The notes: generated by a model from the letters alone, not told the origin. A stretch of 64,000 nt of DNA from Acidobacteriota bacterium (GCA_029571905.1 JAKPXU010000148.1:18225-82224); one strand, 5' to 3'. Shown: positions 1-12,030, numbered from the stretch's first letter. Numbers and translations are program-made.

Positions 1-46
1 ATTTTAAATCTTGATTTTTCGGATCTCTTCAAAAAGAAAAAATAAC

Positions 47-2113
<2,067 letters not shown>

Positions 2114-2197
2114 CTAGAATTAGTAGTATTTTTCTTGCTCGATGGTAATCAAAGGATAGCCGAGATTCCTGTTAATTCTTGATTTCTCGTTAATTGA

Positions 2198-3391
2198 TCA
2201 TTTCACACCGAGTCTTTTCTTTGTTTCTTCGACCAGCTGATTGAATTTGTCAATAGCTGCTTGCTGTTGCTTTTTCAGGCTTTCAATTTCAGCTTTCTTA
2301 GCCTCAATGTCACCCAAAAACTCTTTCATCTTTTGTTTATCTCTATCTGATAGTTCTTCTTCGCTTTTACCGCCAAATCGTTCATTGAAAATCTGAGTTA
2401 GCTCTTCCAGCTCTTTAGCCTTATTCTGTAAAGCCAGGACGGTCTCGTTATATTTAAGATCTTTATTCATCGTGTAATAGAGGCCTTCGGCCATCTTCAT
2501 GGCCTGCTGGGAATTGGCATTAGGAAGCAGAGCTGCTTCCAGTGAGTAGCGGACAGCTTCATTCACGACAGAGGGATCACTCTGGGCTTTTTTGGCCAGT
2601 ATAACGGCAATAGAAAAAGCCACTTCCCCGCTCCTTTTCTTGCTGTAGGCTTCCTTCAGGAAAGTTAAGGCTTCATCATTTTTATTCGCTTTGACCAATA
2701 GCTGACCGAGGAGAAGAGCGTCGTTGGGGTCCTTGCTCTGGTTATAAATTGCTCGGAAGACTTTTTCAGCTTCGGTATAGTTTTTAGCGTCGTAAAGTTC
2801 TTTGCCCATTTTCTTCAAGGGAGCCAGAACCTTAGGGTCCTTGAGAAATGAATAGGCTGTCAGATAAGCCTCAATGGCTCCATTGGTGTCCTTAGCCTTT
2901 TCGGCTGCACTGGCCAGGGTCAGATAGCCAGCACCGATCATTTTATTCCACTGATCAGGATTAGCTCCCTCTTTATTTTTGTTTGTTTTAGCTATCTCAA
3001 TCACCTGGTTAGCATAATTTTTAGCTTTATCCAGATTCTGACCCTGATAAGCATAGATACCGCTCAGGGTTAATAAAACCTGGCATTTAGTAGTATCGTC
3101 GAGGCCACCCAGGCTCAGAGCTTTTTCGCCATAAGTAATTGTTTCTTCCACTGTCTTGGTCTTACAGGGCGTCAGGCACAGGTTAGCATAGGCATAGTTC
3201 TCATAGGTTGTACCCTTTCCAGCGTAAGTATTAATATAACTTTTCAACAATTGAACTCGCTGGCAGGCATCGCTCGCTTGCATGGCTTTAATATAAGCTT
3301 CGTCAGCTGGGTTTTGAGCCAGAGCCAGGCTGCTGGCCAAAACTAAAAGTAAAAACATCAGCTGGATTCTTTTCATCTTCAAACCTCTCAT
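2198..3391 (-). CDS. Secreted TPR-repeat protein with C-terminal coiled coil (function unknown)
   Basis: N-terminal signal peptide (MKRIQLMFLLLVLASSLALA), TPR-like periodic A/L/Y pattern, and a Lys/Glu-rich coiled-coil tail. Confidence 0.55.
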   Translation of the reverse strand: MRGLKMKRIQLMFLLLVLASSLALAQNPADEAYIKAMQASDACQRVQLLKSYINTYAGKGTTYENYAYANLCLTPCKTKTVEETITYGEKALSLGGLDDTTKCQVLLTLSGIYAYQGQNLDKAKNYANQVIEIAKTNKNKEGANPDQWNKMIGAGYLTLASAAEKAKDTNGAIEAYLTAYSFLKDPKVLAPLKKMGKELYDAKNYTEAEKVFRAIYNQSKDPNDALLLGQLLVKANKNDEALTFLKEAYSKKRSGEVAFSIAVILAKKAQSDPSVVNEAVRYSLEAALLPNANSQQAMKMAEGLYYTMNKDLKYNETVLALQNKAKELEELTQIFNERFGGKSEEELSDRDKQKMKEFLGDIEAKKAEIESLKKQQQAAIDKFNQLVEETKKRLGVK

Positions 3392-3554
3392 TTAAATTAA
3401 TTTGCTAATTATCTTGCCCTTAATCAAGATAAAAGTCAATTATTAATTAACCTCCCTTGAAACCCAGCTTGTCTGGTACCGCTTTCCAGACAGCCAGCGT
3501 TAGACTTAACCATCTCACTTATATATAATAAAAAACTAAAATAAAGAAAAAAAG

Positions 3555-4490
3555 ATGCAGGATTTCGAACAGTTTTTTCTGGCTGAGACTGGATTAAAGC
3601 TCAAAAAAGATGTAGCCCTGTCTGATTATTCAAGCTTTAAAATAGGTGGGCTGGCCCGCTATTTTGTTGAGGTTACCAGTTCTGATCAGCTGGTTAAAGC
3701 GGTCTCGGCAGTCATTTCTTGCCGGTTTCCTTTTTATCTTATTGGTGGAGGTTATAATCTTTTATTTGATGATGCCGGCTTTAACGGTCTGATCATCAGG
3801 AACAAAGCTCTAGCTATTAACTACCTCTCCAAGCGAGGTCTGCTGGAAGTCGATTCGGGTAGCGATCTTCAACCGGTGGTTAGATTTGCAGTTTCTAAGG
3901 GATTGAAGGGGCTGGAATTTCTGGCTGGTATTCCGGGCACAGTCGGAGGAGCCATTTATGGCAACGCCGGAGCCTTCGGCCAGTCTATTGGAGAAAAAGT
4001 ATCGGAGGTCCTGATTTTCAGTCGAGAGAGACGCTTTATTACTTTAAAGCAGTCTGAGCTAGGATTTGGTTACCGGTTTTCTAACTTAAAAAAGGATCAT
4101 CAGGTTGTTCTTAAAGCTTTGTTAGCCCTTGAACCCGGTGATAAAAGTGATCTTGAGCACCAGATCAAAGACTATCTTGAGCAGCGGCGGCGCAAGCACC
4201 CACCACGCTCGGTGGCCTGCGCTGGTAGCTATTTTAAAAATCCAGTTCTCTCTGACGGTCAAAAAGTGGCTGCCGGCTTGTTGCTGGAAAAATCAGGAGC
4301 CAGAGGAATGCAAGTTGGCGGGGCGGCAGTTTATCCCGGCCACTGCAATTTTATAATCAATCTAGGCGGAGCAACTGCCAGGGACATTAAGGAACTGGCC
4401 CGTCGTCTGCAGGAGGCAGTGCACAAAAATTTTGGCCTCTGGCTGGAGGAAGAAGTTATTTTTGTACCAGCAGATGCTTCAATGCTTTAA
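3555..4490 (+). CDS. murB: UDP-N-acetylenolpyruvoylglucosamine reductase MurB
   Basis: FAD-binding PCMH-type N-terminus (FKIGGLARYF...YLIGGGYNLLF) and a MurB C-terminal domain. Confidence 0.88.
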   Translation: MQDFEQFFLAETGLKLKKDVALSDYSSFKIGGLARYFVEVTSSDQLVKAVSAVISCRFPFYLIGGGYNLLFDDAGFNGLIIRNKALAINYLSKRGLLEVDSGSDLQPVVRFAVSKGLKGLEFLAGIPGTVGGAIYGNAGAFGQSIGEKVSEVLIFSRERRFITLKQSELGFGYRFSNLKKDHQVVLKALLALEPGDKSDLEHQIKDYLEQRRRKHPPRSVACAGSYFKNPVLSDGQKVAAGLLLEKSGARGMQVGGAAVYPGHCNFIINLGGATARDIKELARRLQEAVHKNFGLWLEEEVIFVPADASML

Positions 4491-5316
4491 CCTTTGACAC
4501 ACTGAGCCCTCTCTTTTCAGCCACTTTTAAGGCCTCCAGAGACATCAACCGGTAGAGTTTTTCCAGATCAGGCTGTGCTGACAGGGCTCTTAGATGTTCT
4601 TTGACCGTCTTCAGGTCACCTCTTAGAATGGGTCCGGTCAAGCTCTGTTCACAGCCAAGTTCTTTGACATTGAGAAGGGTTCTGCTCAGCAAAGGATAAA
4701 TGACTTCCAGACAGGCTTTTTCGTCCAGCCCTAAGAGCTCAAACAGATCTTTAACTTCGGCGAGGAGAACGACCATAAAATTGGAAGCCATAGAGCAAGC
4801 CAGATGATATAAAGGTTTATTGGCAGGTGAAATTAAAATAACCCCGGACTGAAGCTTTTCAGCCAGAGACCGGCCGAGCTCGATGGCCTTCTCGTCTCCC
4901 TCCAGGCCAAAAAAAATACCGCGGAAAATATCCGGGTCATGGCAGGTTGTGGCGAAAGTCTGGACCGGGTGGAAGGAAGCAACCTGAGCCCCCTGCCTGG
5001 CCAATGGACGAAGAACCCTGGATGAAACCGCCCCACTCGTATGGAAAACATAATGTCCGCCAAGGTCAAGGTTGGAAAGTTCCTTGACCACGTTCCTTAT
5101 CGACCCGTCAGGAACGCAGATAAAATTTATCTCTGCCGCCTTTGTTGCCAGACGATTATCCCCTGTCGTCTGTCCCTTTTTAATTACTCTTCTCGCCTGG
5201 CGGCGAGCATCTGGATTACAGTCTGATATGTATTTTAGTTTGAAACCTTTACTGACCAGGGCCAGCCCCAGCGAAGTGCCGACCTTTCCTGCTCCGATAA
5301 TAGAAAAGCTTTTCAT
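4456..5316 (-). CDS. Rossmann-fold NAD(P)-binding protein, DUF2520 / F420-dependent NADP-oxidoreductase-like
   Basis: N-terminal GxGxxG motif (IIGAGKVG) and ProC/ketopantoate-reductase-like topology. It is convergent with murB and the 3' ends overlap. Confidence 0.6.
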   Translation of the reverse strand: MKSFSIIGAGKVGTSLGLALVSKGFKLKYISDCNPDARRQARRVIKKGQTTGDNRLATKAAEINFICVPDGSIRNVVKELSNLDLGGHYVFHTSGAVSSRVLRPLARQGAQVASFHPVQTFATTCHDPDIFRGIFFGLEGDEKAIELGRSLAEKLQSGVILISPANKPLYHLACSMASNFMVVLLAEVKDLFELLGLDEKACLEVIYPLLSRTLLNVKELGCEQSLTGPILRGDLKTVKEHLRALSAQPDLEKLYRLMSLEALKVAEKRGLSVSKVKALKHLLVQK

Positions 5317-5786
5317 TTTCGCCCAAAAAGCTCGTCCCAGAGTGAAATCTCAAGGGGAGTCGAATCCTCAGTCTGTTTTTCGAGTTCCCGGTTAGCACGG
5401 CTGTCTTTCAAAATCTTTTTTAGCTCTTTCAAAAATTCCTGACAGGTCATTGATTTTACCCCATGCTGCCTGGCAATTTCTCTTACTCCTCGATCAGAGC
5501 TAACCACTTGATAATAACGTCTATCTTTTTTCAAGTTAAGCAATTCTTCAATCAGTTCATCAGCTGATTGGCCAGACTCAGGAAACAAAACAGTAAATTT
5601 AGGGTTAAGCTTAATCAAACGGTCTTCCTCCGGGGGACGCCCATCGAAAACCAGAAAGAGTCTGGATCTGGTTGCCTTCTGAAAGAGAAGCAGCCGGCCG
5701 ATAAGCTGACTGCGGCTCGAGATATTGTATTTAAAATAGGGATCAGCCTGACCCATCAAGTTATTGCCGTCGATCAGGTAAGCCAT
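5313..5786 (-). CDS. NYN-domain (YacP/Rae1-like) putative RNase
   Basis: 157 aa starting MAYLIDGNNLMG with the conserved Asp pattern of PIN-like NYN/YacP proteins. It overlaps the upstream gene's end by 4 nt. Confidence 0.65.
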   Translation of the reverse strand: MAYLIDGNNLMGQADPYFKYNISSRSQLIGRLLLFQKATRSRLFLVFDGRPPEEDRLIKLNPKFTVLFPESGQSADELIEELLNLKKDRRYYQVVSSDRGVREIARQHGVKSMTCQEFLKELKKILKDSRANRELEKQTEDSTPLEISLWDELFGRK

Positions 5787-5821
5787 TTAGCCCTTTTTTA
5801 CTTGAAACAGGAATTATCAGA

Positions 5822-6166
5822 TCAACCTGGTGGCCAGCCAAAAGGCCGACCGCCCAGCAGATGGACATGAAGATGATATACTTCCTGTCCGGAATCCGGC
5901 CCGCTGTTAATGACCAGTCTGAACCCGCTGTCACCCAGGCCCTTGTCCTCGGCAATTTTTCTGGCTGTCAGGAGAAGGTAGCCAAGAAGATTCTGGTCAT
6001 TTTCATCCGCCTCTTTTAATGAGGACAGATGTTTTTTGGGTATGATTAAAATGTGAGCAGGGGCCTGTGGTTTGATGTCCTCAAAAGCCAGCACCTTTTC
6101 ATCTTCGTAGACCAATTTGGAAGGAATTTCTTTATTGATGATGCGGCAGAAAAGACAATCCGTCAT
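5822..6166 (-). CDS. HIT-family (histidine triad) nucleotide hydrolase
   Basis: 114 aa with the HxHxHxx histidine triad (HLHVHLLGG). It overlaps the murA stop by 4 nt. Confidence 0.85.
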   Translation of the reverse strand: MTDCLFCRIINKEIPSKLVYEDEKVLAFEDIKPQAPAHILIIPKKHLSSLKEADENDQNLLGYLLLTARKIAEDKGLGDSGFRLVINSGPDSGQEVYHLHVHLLGGRPFGWPPG

Positions 6167-7467
6167 GATTTTACCTCCACCTTTCTATGGTTGTTATTAT
6201 TGTTTGTAAAACGCTCGATTCTGACTCCGAGCTGACGGAGTTTTTCTTCTATTCTCTCATAGCCGCGGTCAAGATGCTCGATGTCATTAATGGTTGTCTG
6301 CCCCGTAGCGATCAGGCCGGCCAGAACCAGGCAAGCTGAAGCCCGCAAATCAGTAGCCATGACTTCTGCTCCGGAGAGAGGGGTTTTCCCTCTAATTATC
6401 GCTTTATCGCCTTCAATTTCGATAGAAGCCCCCAGCCGCAACAGCTCATTAGCATGAGCAAAGCGCCGGTCAAAGATGGTTTCAGTAATTATAGAGCGGC
6501 CATTAGCTTGAGTCATTAATACCATAAACTGAGCCTGCATATCAGTCGGAAAGCCAGGATAGGGAGCGGTTGTTATATCTTGTGGTTTTATTTCCTCTGA
6601 ACCTCTGACTCGTATAATATTACGGCCGACCTGCTCGACCTGGGTACCAGCGATAATCAGCTTATCTGTGATAGCTTCGATGTGTTGTGGTTCAACTTCT
6701 TTTAGAATCAAATCGCCCTTAGTCAGAGCTGAAGCTACCATGAAGGTGCCGGTTTCAATCCGGTCAGGAATGATCCGATTTTTGGCTCCGCCCAGCTCTT
6801 TTGTCCCGGTAATTTTTAATGTCTCTTCCCCGATGCCGTCTATTTTAGCTCCCATCATAACCAGCAATTCGCACAGGTTGACCACCTCGGGCTCAAGAGC
6901 GCAATTCTTAAGCACGGTTTCACCTCTGGCCAGACAGGCAGCCATGACCAGATTTTCTGTTCCCGTCACTGTCTTTTTTTCGAATTCAATTTCTGTGCCC
7001 TTGAGTTTTCTGGCTTCAGCGATGATATAACCATGTTCAATCTTCAGGCTGGCCCCGAGCTTCTGCAGGCCGCTAATGTGGAGATCGACCGGCCTGGTAC
7101 CAATGGCACAGCCTCCTGGTAAGGCGACAGTGGCGCGGCCACTTCTGGCCAGCAATGGACCGAGGACAAGAATAGAAGCTCTCATGGCCCTGACCAGCTT
7201 ATAAGGGGCCTCAGTCGATTTAATTTTTTTTGCCTGAAGAGCTAGTCTCCTGTGGTTTTGGTCAAGGTTCCAGCTGGCCCCCAGCTCGTTAATAAGAGTT
7301 AGCATGGTCTGAACATCTTTAACCAGAGGCACATTGTTCAGTTCTATAGTGTCTTCGGTCAGCAGGCAGGCGGCTATGGCCGGCAGAACGGCGTTTTTAG
7401 CCCCGCTAATGGTCACTTCGCCCTGTAAGCAGTATGGTTTTTCTGTATAGATTCTTAAAGCTTCCAT
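6163..7467 (-). CDS. murA: UDP-N-acetylglucosamine 1-carboxyvinyltransferase MurA
   Basis: 434 aa. The N-terminus (GEVTISGAKNAVLPAIAA) and an active-site Cys-loop region match MurA/EPSP-synthase-fold proteins. Confidence 0.92.
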   Translation of the reverse strand: MEALRIYTEKPYCLQGEVTISGAKNAVLPAIAACLLTEDTIELNNVPLVKDVQTMLTLINELGASWNLDQNHRRLALQAKKIKSTEAPYKLVRAMRASILVLGPLLARSGRATVALPGGCAIGTRPVDLHISGLQKLGASLKIEHGYIIAEARKLKGTEIEFEKKTVTGTENLVMAACLARGETVLKNCALEPEVVNLCELLVMMGAKIDGIGEETLKITGTKELGGAKNRIIPDRIETGTFMVASALTKGDLILKEVEPQHIEAITDKLIIAGTQVEQVGRNIIRVRGSEEIKPQDITTAPYPGFPTDMQAQFMVLMTQANGRSIITETIFDRRFAHANELLRLGASIEIEGDKAIIRGKTPLSGAEVMATDLRASACLVLAGLIATGQTTINDIEHLDRGYERIEEKLRQLGVRIERFTNNNNNHRKVEVKS

Positions 7468-7605
7468 GCTCCGATTTTAGATTAGCCGGGAGGAAAATTC
7501 AAACTGTGTCGTCAGATCAAATGAAGAACCATTTAAATTAAACAAAAAGACCAAAAGGTTGAGCCTCTAAAAAGGACAACACTTTTACTGGACTCCATAG
7601 AGAAA

Positions 7606-7635
7606 ATAAAAAGGGCTGCCCGCCGTGGGCAGCCC
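7606..7635 (-). terminator. Intrinsic terminator downstream of citrate synthase (minus strand)
   Basis: A perfect 9-bp GC stem (GGGCTGCCC ... GGGCAGCCC) with a 5-nt loop, followed on the minus strand by a T-run (plus-strand AAAAA at 7607-7612). Confidence 0.6.
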
Positions 7636-7660
7636 TTGATCTTCAGATGGTAAGGTGAAC

Positions 7661-8983
7661 TCAGGCTTTAGGTGCTTGTTGAGAAGCGATAAATTCTTCT
7701 ACCCACTCAGTGGTAACACTCTTTGGCCTTTCTATTGGTAAGCCAAGACCTCGGTCCCAGATCAGTTGAGCCAGAACTCCCATAGCTCTCGACACACCAA
7801 AGAAAACGGTGTAAAAATCGTATTCTTTTACTCCGTAGTGCCAGAGCAGACAACCAGAATGGGCATCAACATTTGGCCAGGGATTCTTAGCTTTGCCATG
7901 TTTCATTAGGATATCCGGCGCAACTTCAAAGACCAGGCTGACCACTTTAAAGATTTCATCATCAGGCAGGTGCTTGAGAGCAAATTCTCTCTGAGCTATG
8001 AATCTCGGGTCGGTTTTGCGGAGAACGGCGTGGCCATAGCCGGGGACAACCTTACCTGCATTAAGCGTATCCCAGATGTACTGGCTGATCTGTTCTTTGG
8101 TCGGAGTGTTGCCAAGTTTTTCCATGAGTTCCATAATCCAGCGCAAAACCTCCTGGTTGGCCAGGCCATGCAGCGGTCCTGCTAATCCGGCCATGGAGGC
8201 TGCTAAAGAATAATTGGCATCGGAGAGAGCGGAACCAACCAGGCGACAGGTATGAGCGGAGACATTGCCGCCTTCATGGTCGCAGTGGAGAACAAGATAA
8301 AGCCTCATTAAATCTTTAAAGGCGGGATCGTCCGTTACGCCCAGCATGTGCGCAAAATTGGCCCCCCAGTCTAATTTTGGATCAGCCGGGATGTGTTTGT
8401 CGCCTTTGTAGGTGCGGCGGTAAATGTAGGAGGCGACAGCTGGCAATTTAGCCAGAATATTCATTGTATCTTCATACATTGGATCCCAGTAATCAAGCTT
8501 GTGAATTCCCTGTCGATATCTTTCAGCAAAAACAGAATCTTTCTGAAGTTGCATGATGGCCATGGCAAATTGGGTCATGGGATGAGTATCAGCAGGCGTG
8601 GCTTTCAGAACATCGATTAGATATTTAGGTAGTTCACTTCTCTTTCGCCACTCTTCTGTTATTTCCTGGCACTCTTCATAAGTCGGGATATCGCCGGTCA
8701 GTAACAGATAAAACATTCCTTCAGGCAGGGGCTCTTCGCTACCGGGGGCTTTCGGCAGTTTTTCTCTTACCTCAGGAATCGTAAAACCGCGGAAACGAAT
8801 GCCTTCATTGGGATCGAGAGAAGAGCATTCCCAGATCATGCATTTGACTCCGCGCATGCCACCATAAGTTTGACCGATGGTGACATCAGAAATTTTGAGT
8901 TCCCCATGCTCTTTCTGGATCTTCTGAATCCGTTCGCGCATGGGCATCAATTTGGAAACAAATTTTTCCTTTAAATTAGCCAT
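7661..8983 (-). CDS. gltA: Citrate synthase, eukaryotic/type I-like
   Basis: 440 aa. Near-colinear with mitochondrial-type citrate synthase (YGGMRG, DPxEGIRFRG, GYGHAVLRKTDPR, NVDAHSG, VLAQLIWDRGLG). Confidence 0.9.
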   Translation of the reverse strand: MANLKEKFVSKLMPMRERIQKIQKEHGELKISDVTIGQTYGGMRGVKCMIWECSSLDPNEGIRFRGFTIPEVREKLPKAPGSEEPLPEGMFYLLLTGDIPTYEECQEITEEWRKRSELPKYLIDVLKATPADTHPMTQFAMAIMQLQKDSVFAERYRQGIHKLDYWDPMYEDTMNILAKLPAVASYIYRRTYKGDKHIPADPKLDWGANFAHMLGVTDDPAFKDLMRLYLVLHCDHEGGNVSAHTCRLVGSALSDANYSLAASMAGLAGPLHGLANQEVLRWIMELMEKLGNTPTKEQISQYIWDTLNAGKVVPGYGHAVLRKTDPRFIAQREFALKHLPDDEIFKVVSLVFEVAPDILMKHGKAKNPWPNVDAHSGCLLWHYGVKEYDFYTVFFGVSRAMGVLAQLIWDRGLGLPIERPKSVTTEWVEEFIASQQAPKA

Positions 8984-9191
8984 TCAGAAACCTCCTTCGG
9001 GCTATAAATTGCTCTTATTATTGCAGTAACTATAGCTATGTATTCGAGCCAGAATATAACATTTAAAATAATTTCAAGTCAATTAGAATTTTACTATCAG
9101 CTATTAATCCTTGATTTTTTTCCCTAAGGCTAATATCCTTCCTTCGAGCGAATCTTTTAGATATTAGATTGAGGTCTGAAAGGAGAAAACA

Positions 9192-9746
9192 ATGGGTGCG
9201 GTAGTCATTCTTTTGATAATTATCGGGCTGCTCGTTATTATGGGAATCGCTATCTATAATAGCCTGGTTGTCCTGAGGAATCGCTGCGATAACGCCTGGG
9301 CTCAGGTAGATGTGCAACTGAGGCGGCGCTATGACCTCATCCCGAATTTAGTGGAGACAGTCAAGGGATATGCTAAACATGAAAGAGAGGTTTTTGAAAA
9401 AGTAACAGAAGCTCGGGCTAAAGCTATCAATGCCCAGACAGTTAAAGAGCATGGTGAAGCAGAGAATATGCTGACCGGCGCTTTAAAATCGCTTTTCGCG
9501 GTAGTGGAGAATTATCCGGAGCTGAAGGCCAATCAGAATTTTCTCTTGCTGCAGGAGGAGCTGGCTGGTACCGAAAGCAAAATTGCTTATGCTCGACAGT
9601 TCTACAACGATACTGTTATGAAATTCAATATGAAACAACAGGTTTTTCCCTCCAATATCATTGCTAACCTGTTCGGTTTCAAGCCTAGAGAATATTTTGA
9701 AATAGAAGAGCCAGAAGCCCGTGGCCCGGTTAAAGTTTCGTTCTGA
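9192..9746 (+). CDS. lemA: LemA-family membrane protein
   Basis: N-terminal TM helix followed by the LemA signature ([44 protein letters not shown]). Confidence 0.85.
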   Translation: MGAVVILLIIIGLLVIMGIAIYNSLVVLRNRCDNAWAQVDVQLRRRYDLIPNLVETVKGYAKHEREVFEKVTEARAKAINAQTVKEHGEAENMLTGALKSLFAVVENYPELKANQNFLLLQEELAGTESKIAYARQFYNDTVMKFNMKQQVFPSNIIANLFGFKPREYFEIEEPEARGPVKVSF

Positions 9747-9800
9747 AATCCAGATAGAAATCGCAGAGGCTAAGTTCTTTTTATAAAATAAACTTATCCC

Positions 9801-10709
9801 ATGTATGAACAGATAACTGCTAATAAAGTCAAATCTGTTTTTCTGGTCCTATTTTTTGTGGTTCTTGTTTTCCTGGTAGTCTGGGCCTTTGAACAGGTTA
9901 CCGGCTGGGGGGAAGGCGGGCTGGTGCTGGCTCTCATCATTTCCTTGACTATGGCCATAGGTGGATATTATTCCAGCGATAAAATTGTTCTGGCTATTAG
10001 CCGGGCCCGCCCGGTAAGCAAGGAGGAATATCCTTATCTTTATAATACCGTCGAAGGGCTGGCTCTGGCCGCCGGTCTTCCTGCTCCACGTTGTTATATT
10101 ATTGAGGATTCAGCGCCTAATGCTTTTGCTACCGGCCGTAATCCCGAGCATTCGGTCATTTGTGTTACTACCGGTCTGTTGCAGAAGTTAAATCGTCTTG
10201 AGCTGGAAGGGGTTATTGCCCATGAAATGTCCCATATCAAAAATTATGACGTCCTGTTGCAGACGGTGGCGGTGGTCATGGTCGGAATAGTTGCCTTATT
10301 ATCTGACTGGATGCTACGGAGCTTCTGGTGGGGAGGCGGCCGGAAAAGAGATCGGGAGAAAGGAGGCAGTGGTGCTGGACTAATTTTTGTTACCATCGGA
10401 CTGGTTCTGGCTATTCTCTCTCCGCTCGTTGCTCAGCTGATTCAGCTGGCTATTTCCAGGCGACGAGAATTCCTGGCTGACGCTAACGCAGCTATGTTAA
10501 CCAGATATCCGGCTGGTCTGGCTTCAGCCCTCAGAAAGCTGGCTTCTGATCCTGAACCGCTGGAGGTGGCCAATAAGGCCACTGCTCATCTTTATATTGT
10601 AAATCCACTGAAAAATGTCAAAGGCCGGGTCAACAAGCTGTTCAGCACGCACCCTCCAATTGAGGAACGGATTGCTGCTCTGGAAAAAATGTCTTTTGAA
10701 AAGGTTTGA
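9801..10709 (+). CDS. htpX: M48-family Zn metalloprotease HtpX-like
   Basis: TM helices with an HEMSH zinc motif (HExxH), in the conserved LemA-HtpX neighbourhood. Confidence 0.82.
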   Translation: MYEQITANKVKSVFLVLFFVVLVFLVVWAFEQVTGWGEGGLVLALIISLTMAIGGYYSSDKIVLAISRARPVSKEEYPYLYNTVEGLALAAGLPAPRCYIIEDSAPNAFATGRNPEHSVICVTTGLLQKLNRLELEGVIAHEMSHIKNYDVLLQTVAVVMVGIVALLSDWMLRSFWWGGGRKRDREKGGSGAGLIFVTIGLVLAILSPLVAQLIQLAISRRREFLADANAAMLTRYPAGLASALRKLASDPEPLEVANKATAHLYIVNPLKNVKGRVNKLFSTHPPIEERIAALEKMSFEKV

Positions 10710-10809
10710 TATTATTTTGATTTAAAGGCAATGGCAATAATAATAAAAGAAGGCAATTTCCTGACCTGAGAATTGGGCATTAAAGGCTGAATTCCAGGCC
10801 TGGCACAGC

Positions 10810-10838
10810 TTGCAACTTAAGTTGTCTTTGTTTATAAT
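10810..10838 (+). promoter_or_regulatory. Sigma70-like promoter for tRNA-Asp
   Basis: TTGCAA, a 17-nt spacer, then TATAAT ending about 15 nt before the mature tRNA 5' end. Confidence 0.4.
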
Positions 10839-10853
10839 TTAGTCGCCCTGGGC

Positions 10854-10930
10854 GGGGTCGTAGTTCAGCTGGTTAGAACGCCGGCCTGTCACGCCGGAGG
10901 TCGCGAGTTCGAGCCTCGTCGGCCCCGCCA
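10854..10930 (+). tRNA. tRNA-Asp (GTC)
   Basis: 77-nt cloverleaf. The acceptor stem GGGGTCG pairs with CGGCCCC, the anticodon loop is CTGTCAC (anticodon GTC), the T-loop is TTCGAGC, and CCA is encoded. Confidence 0.9.
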
Positions 10931-11110
10931 CTTTTTCCACTCAATCTTTTGTTCTTGAAATTTTTGGGCTCCCCCGGTATCAATCCAGACGGAATATCTG
11001 TTTGGGACGCTCCTCTATCTCTCCGGTCAGCCAGAGATAGCAGCCAGTTACCTCTTTCCTTAATCTTTTTTGTGTGTTATATATAATTCTAATAAATTCA
11101 GGAGGAACCA

Positions 11111-11488
11111 ATGCCTGATAAAACCAAAATCCTGGTGATAGATGACGACCCGGCTATTTGTGTTTCAGTTAAAGCCATTCTGGAAGCCAGTGGCTATGAG
11201 GTGTTCACGGCTTTAAGCGGTAAAGAAGGGCTTGACCTTTTCCATCAGGTTGATCCAGATATTGTTCTGTGCGATATGATGATGGAAGATATAGATGCCG
11301 GGGCTAAAGTGGCCGGCGTGATCAAGAAAGAACAACCTGACCTGCCAGTTTTTTTGTTGAGCACTATCGGCGATGCCACCGCCCGAACTATTGGCCTTGA
11401 CGATCTCGGTTTTAATGGAGTTTTTCAGAAGCCAGTTAATTTTGACTTGCTGCTGAGTGTAATTGAAAAGCACAGGAAAAAGCCCTGA
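11111..11488 (+). CDS. Stand-alone CheY-like response-regulator receiver domain
   Basis: 125 aa with a DDD acidic pocket (VIDDDP) and the phospho-acceptor D in IVLCDMMME. There is no output domain. Confidence 0.8.
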   Translation: MPDKTKILVIDDDPAICVSVKAILEASGYEVFTALSGKEGLDLFHQVDPDIVLCDMMMEDIDAGAKVAGVIKKEQPDLPVFLLSTIGDATARTIGLDDLGFNGVFQKPVNFDLLLSVIEKHRKKP

Positions 11489-11517
11489 GGCCTGGCGGCC
11501 CGTTGACCAATTAGCAA

Positions 11518-12030
11518 ATGAGCATTTCTCTGGCTGATCTTTACCGGCAAAATTCAGATCTGGAAGCTTTTTGTCAGGAGGTCAGAAAACTGGGCGGTAA
11601 TTTTGAGCTGGACGCTCGTCAGATGGAAGCCCTTGGTCAGGCTTATTTTGAAGTCCATCCAGAGAAGTTTGTTCAAAGAAATCTGGATGAAGTCAGGCTG
11701 GGTTATCAACTGGCCCGATGCTGCTTGCTGGAAAAGGCTCTGGCCGGGCTGCCTCCTGCAGTTAAGGATTTTTTCAGGCAGGCTTTTGATCAGCCTGAAT
11801 GCATAGCTGGCCTCCTGGATGATTACAGGCGTTCGGAAAACCTGCCGCTTCTCGTCTCCTCTTTTAATTGCCTTCAAGCTTCACTGGACGAACTGAAAGC
11901 AGCCATTGATGAGTTACCTAAGGGGATGATTAAAGAAAGGTTTCTAGGAGGAATTTCGACTCTCTATAACACCAGGTATCTTCTGAGCATTTTTATTTCG
12001 CGTCTTGGCTCAAACGGTTTACAAAATTAG
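11518..12030 (+). CDS. Hypothetical protein (170 aa)
   Basis: An ORF with good coding periodicity and no motif I recognise. It lies between the orphan receiver and the hydrogenase-associated operon. Confidence 0.45.
   Translation: MSISLADLYRQNSDLEAFCQEVRKLGGNFELDARQMEALGQAYFEVHPEKFVQRNLDEVRLGYQLARCCLLEKALAGLPPAVKDFFRQAFDQPECIAGLLDDYRRSENLPLLVSSFNCLQASLDELKAAIDELPKGMIKERFLGGISTLYNTRYLLSIFISRLGSNGLQN

Noticed and set aside
5313-6166. NYN-domain RNase plus HIT hydrolase as a possible toxin-antitoxin or defence pair
   Set aside because: Both are widespread housekeeping-type families: YacP-like NYN and Hint-like HIT, each of single-domain size. They are in an operon with murA, and there is no antitoxin-like partner.
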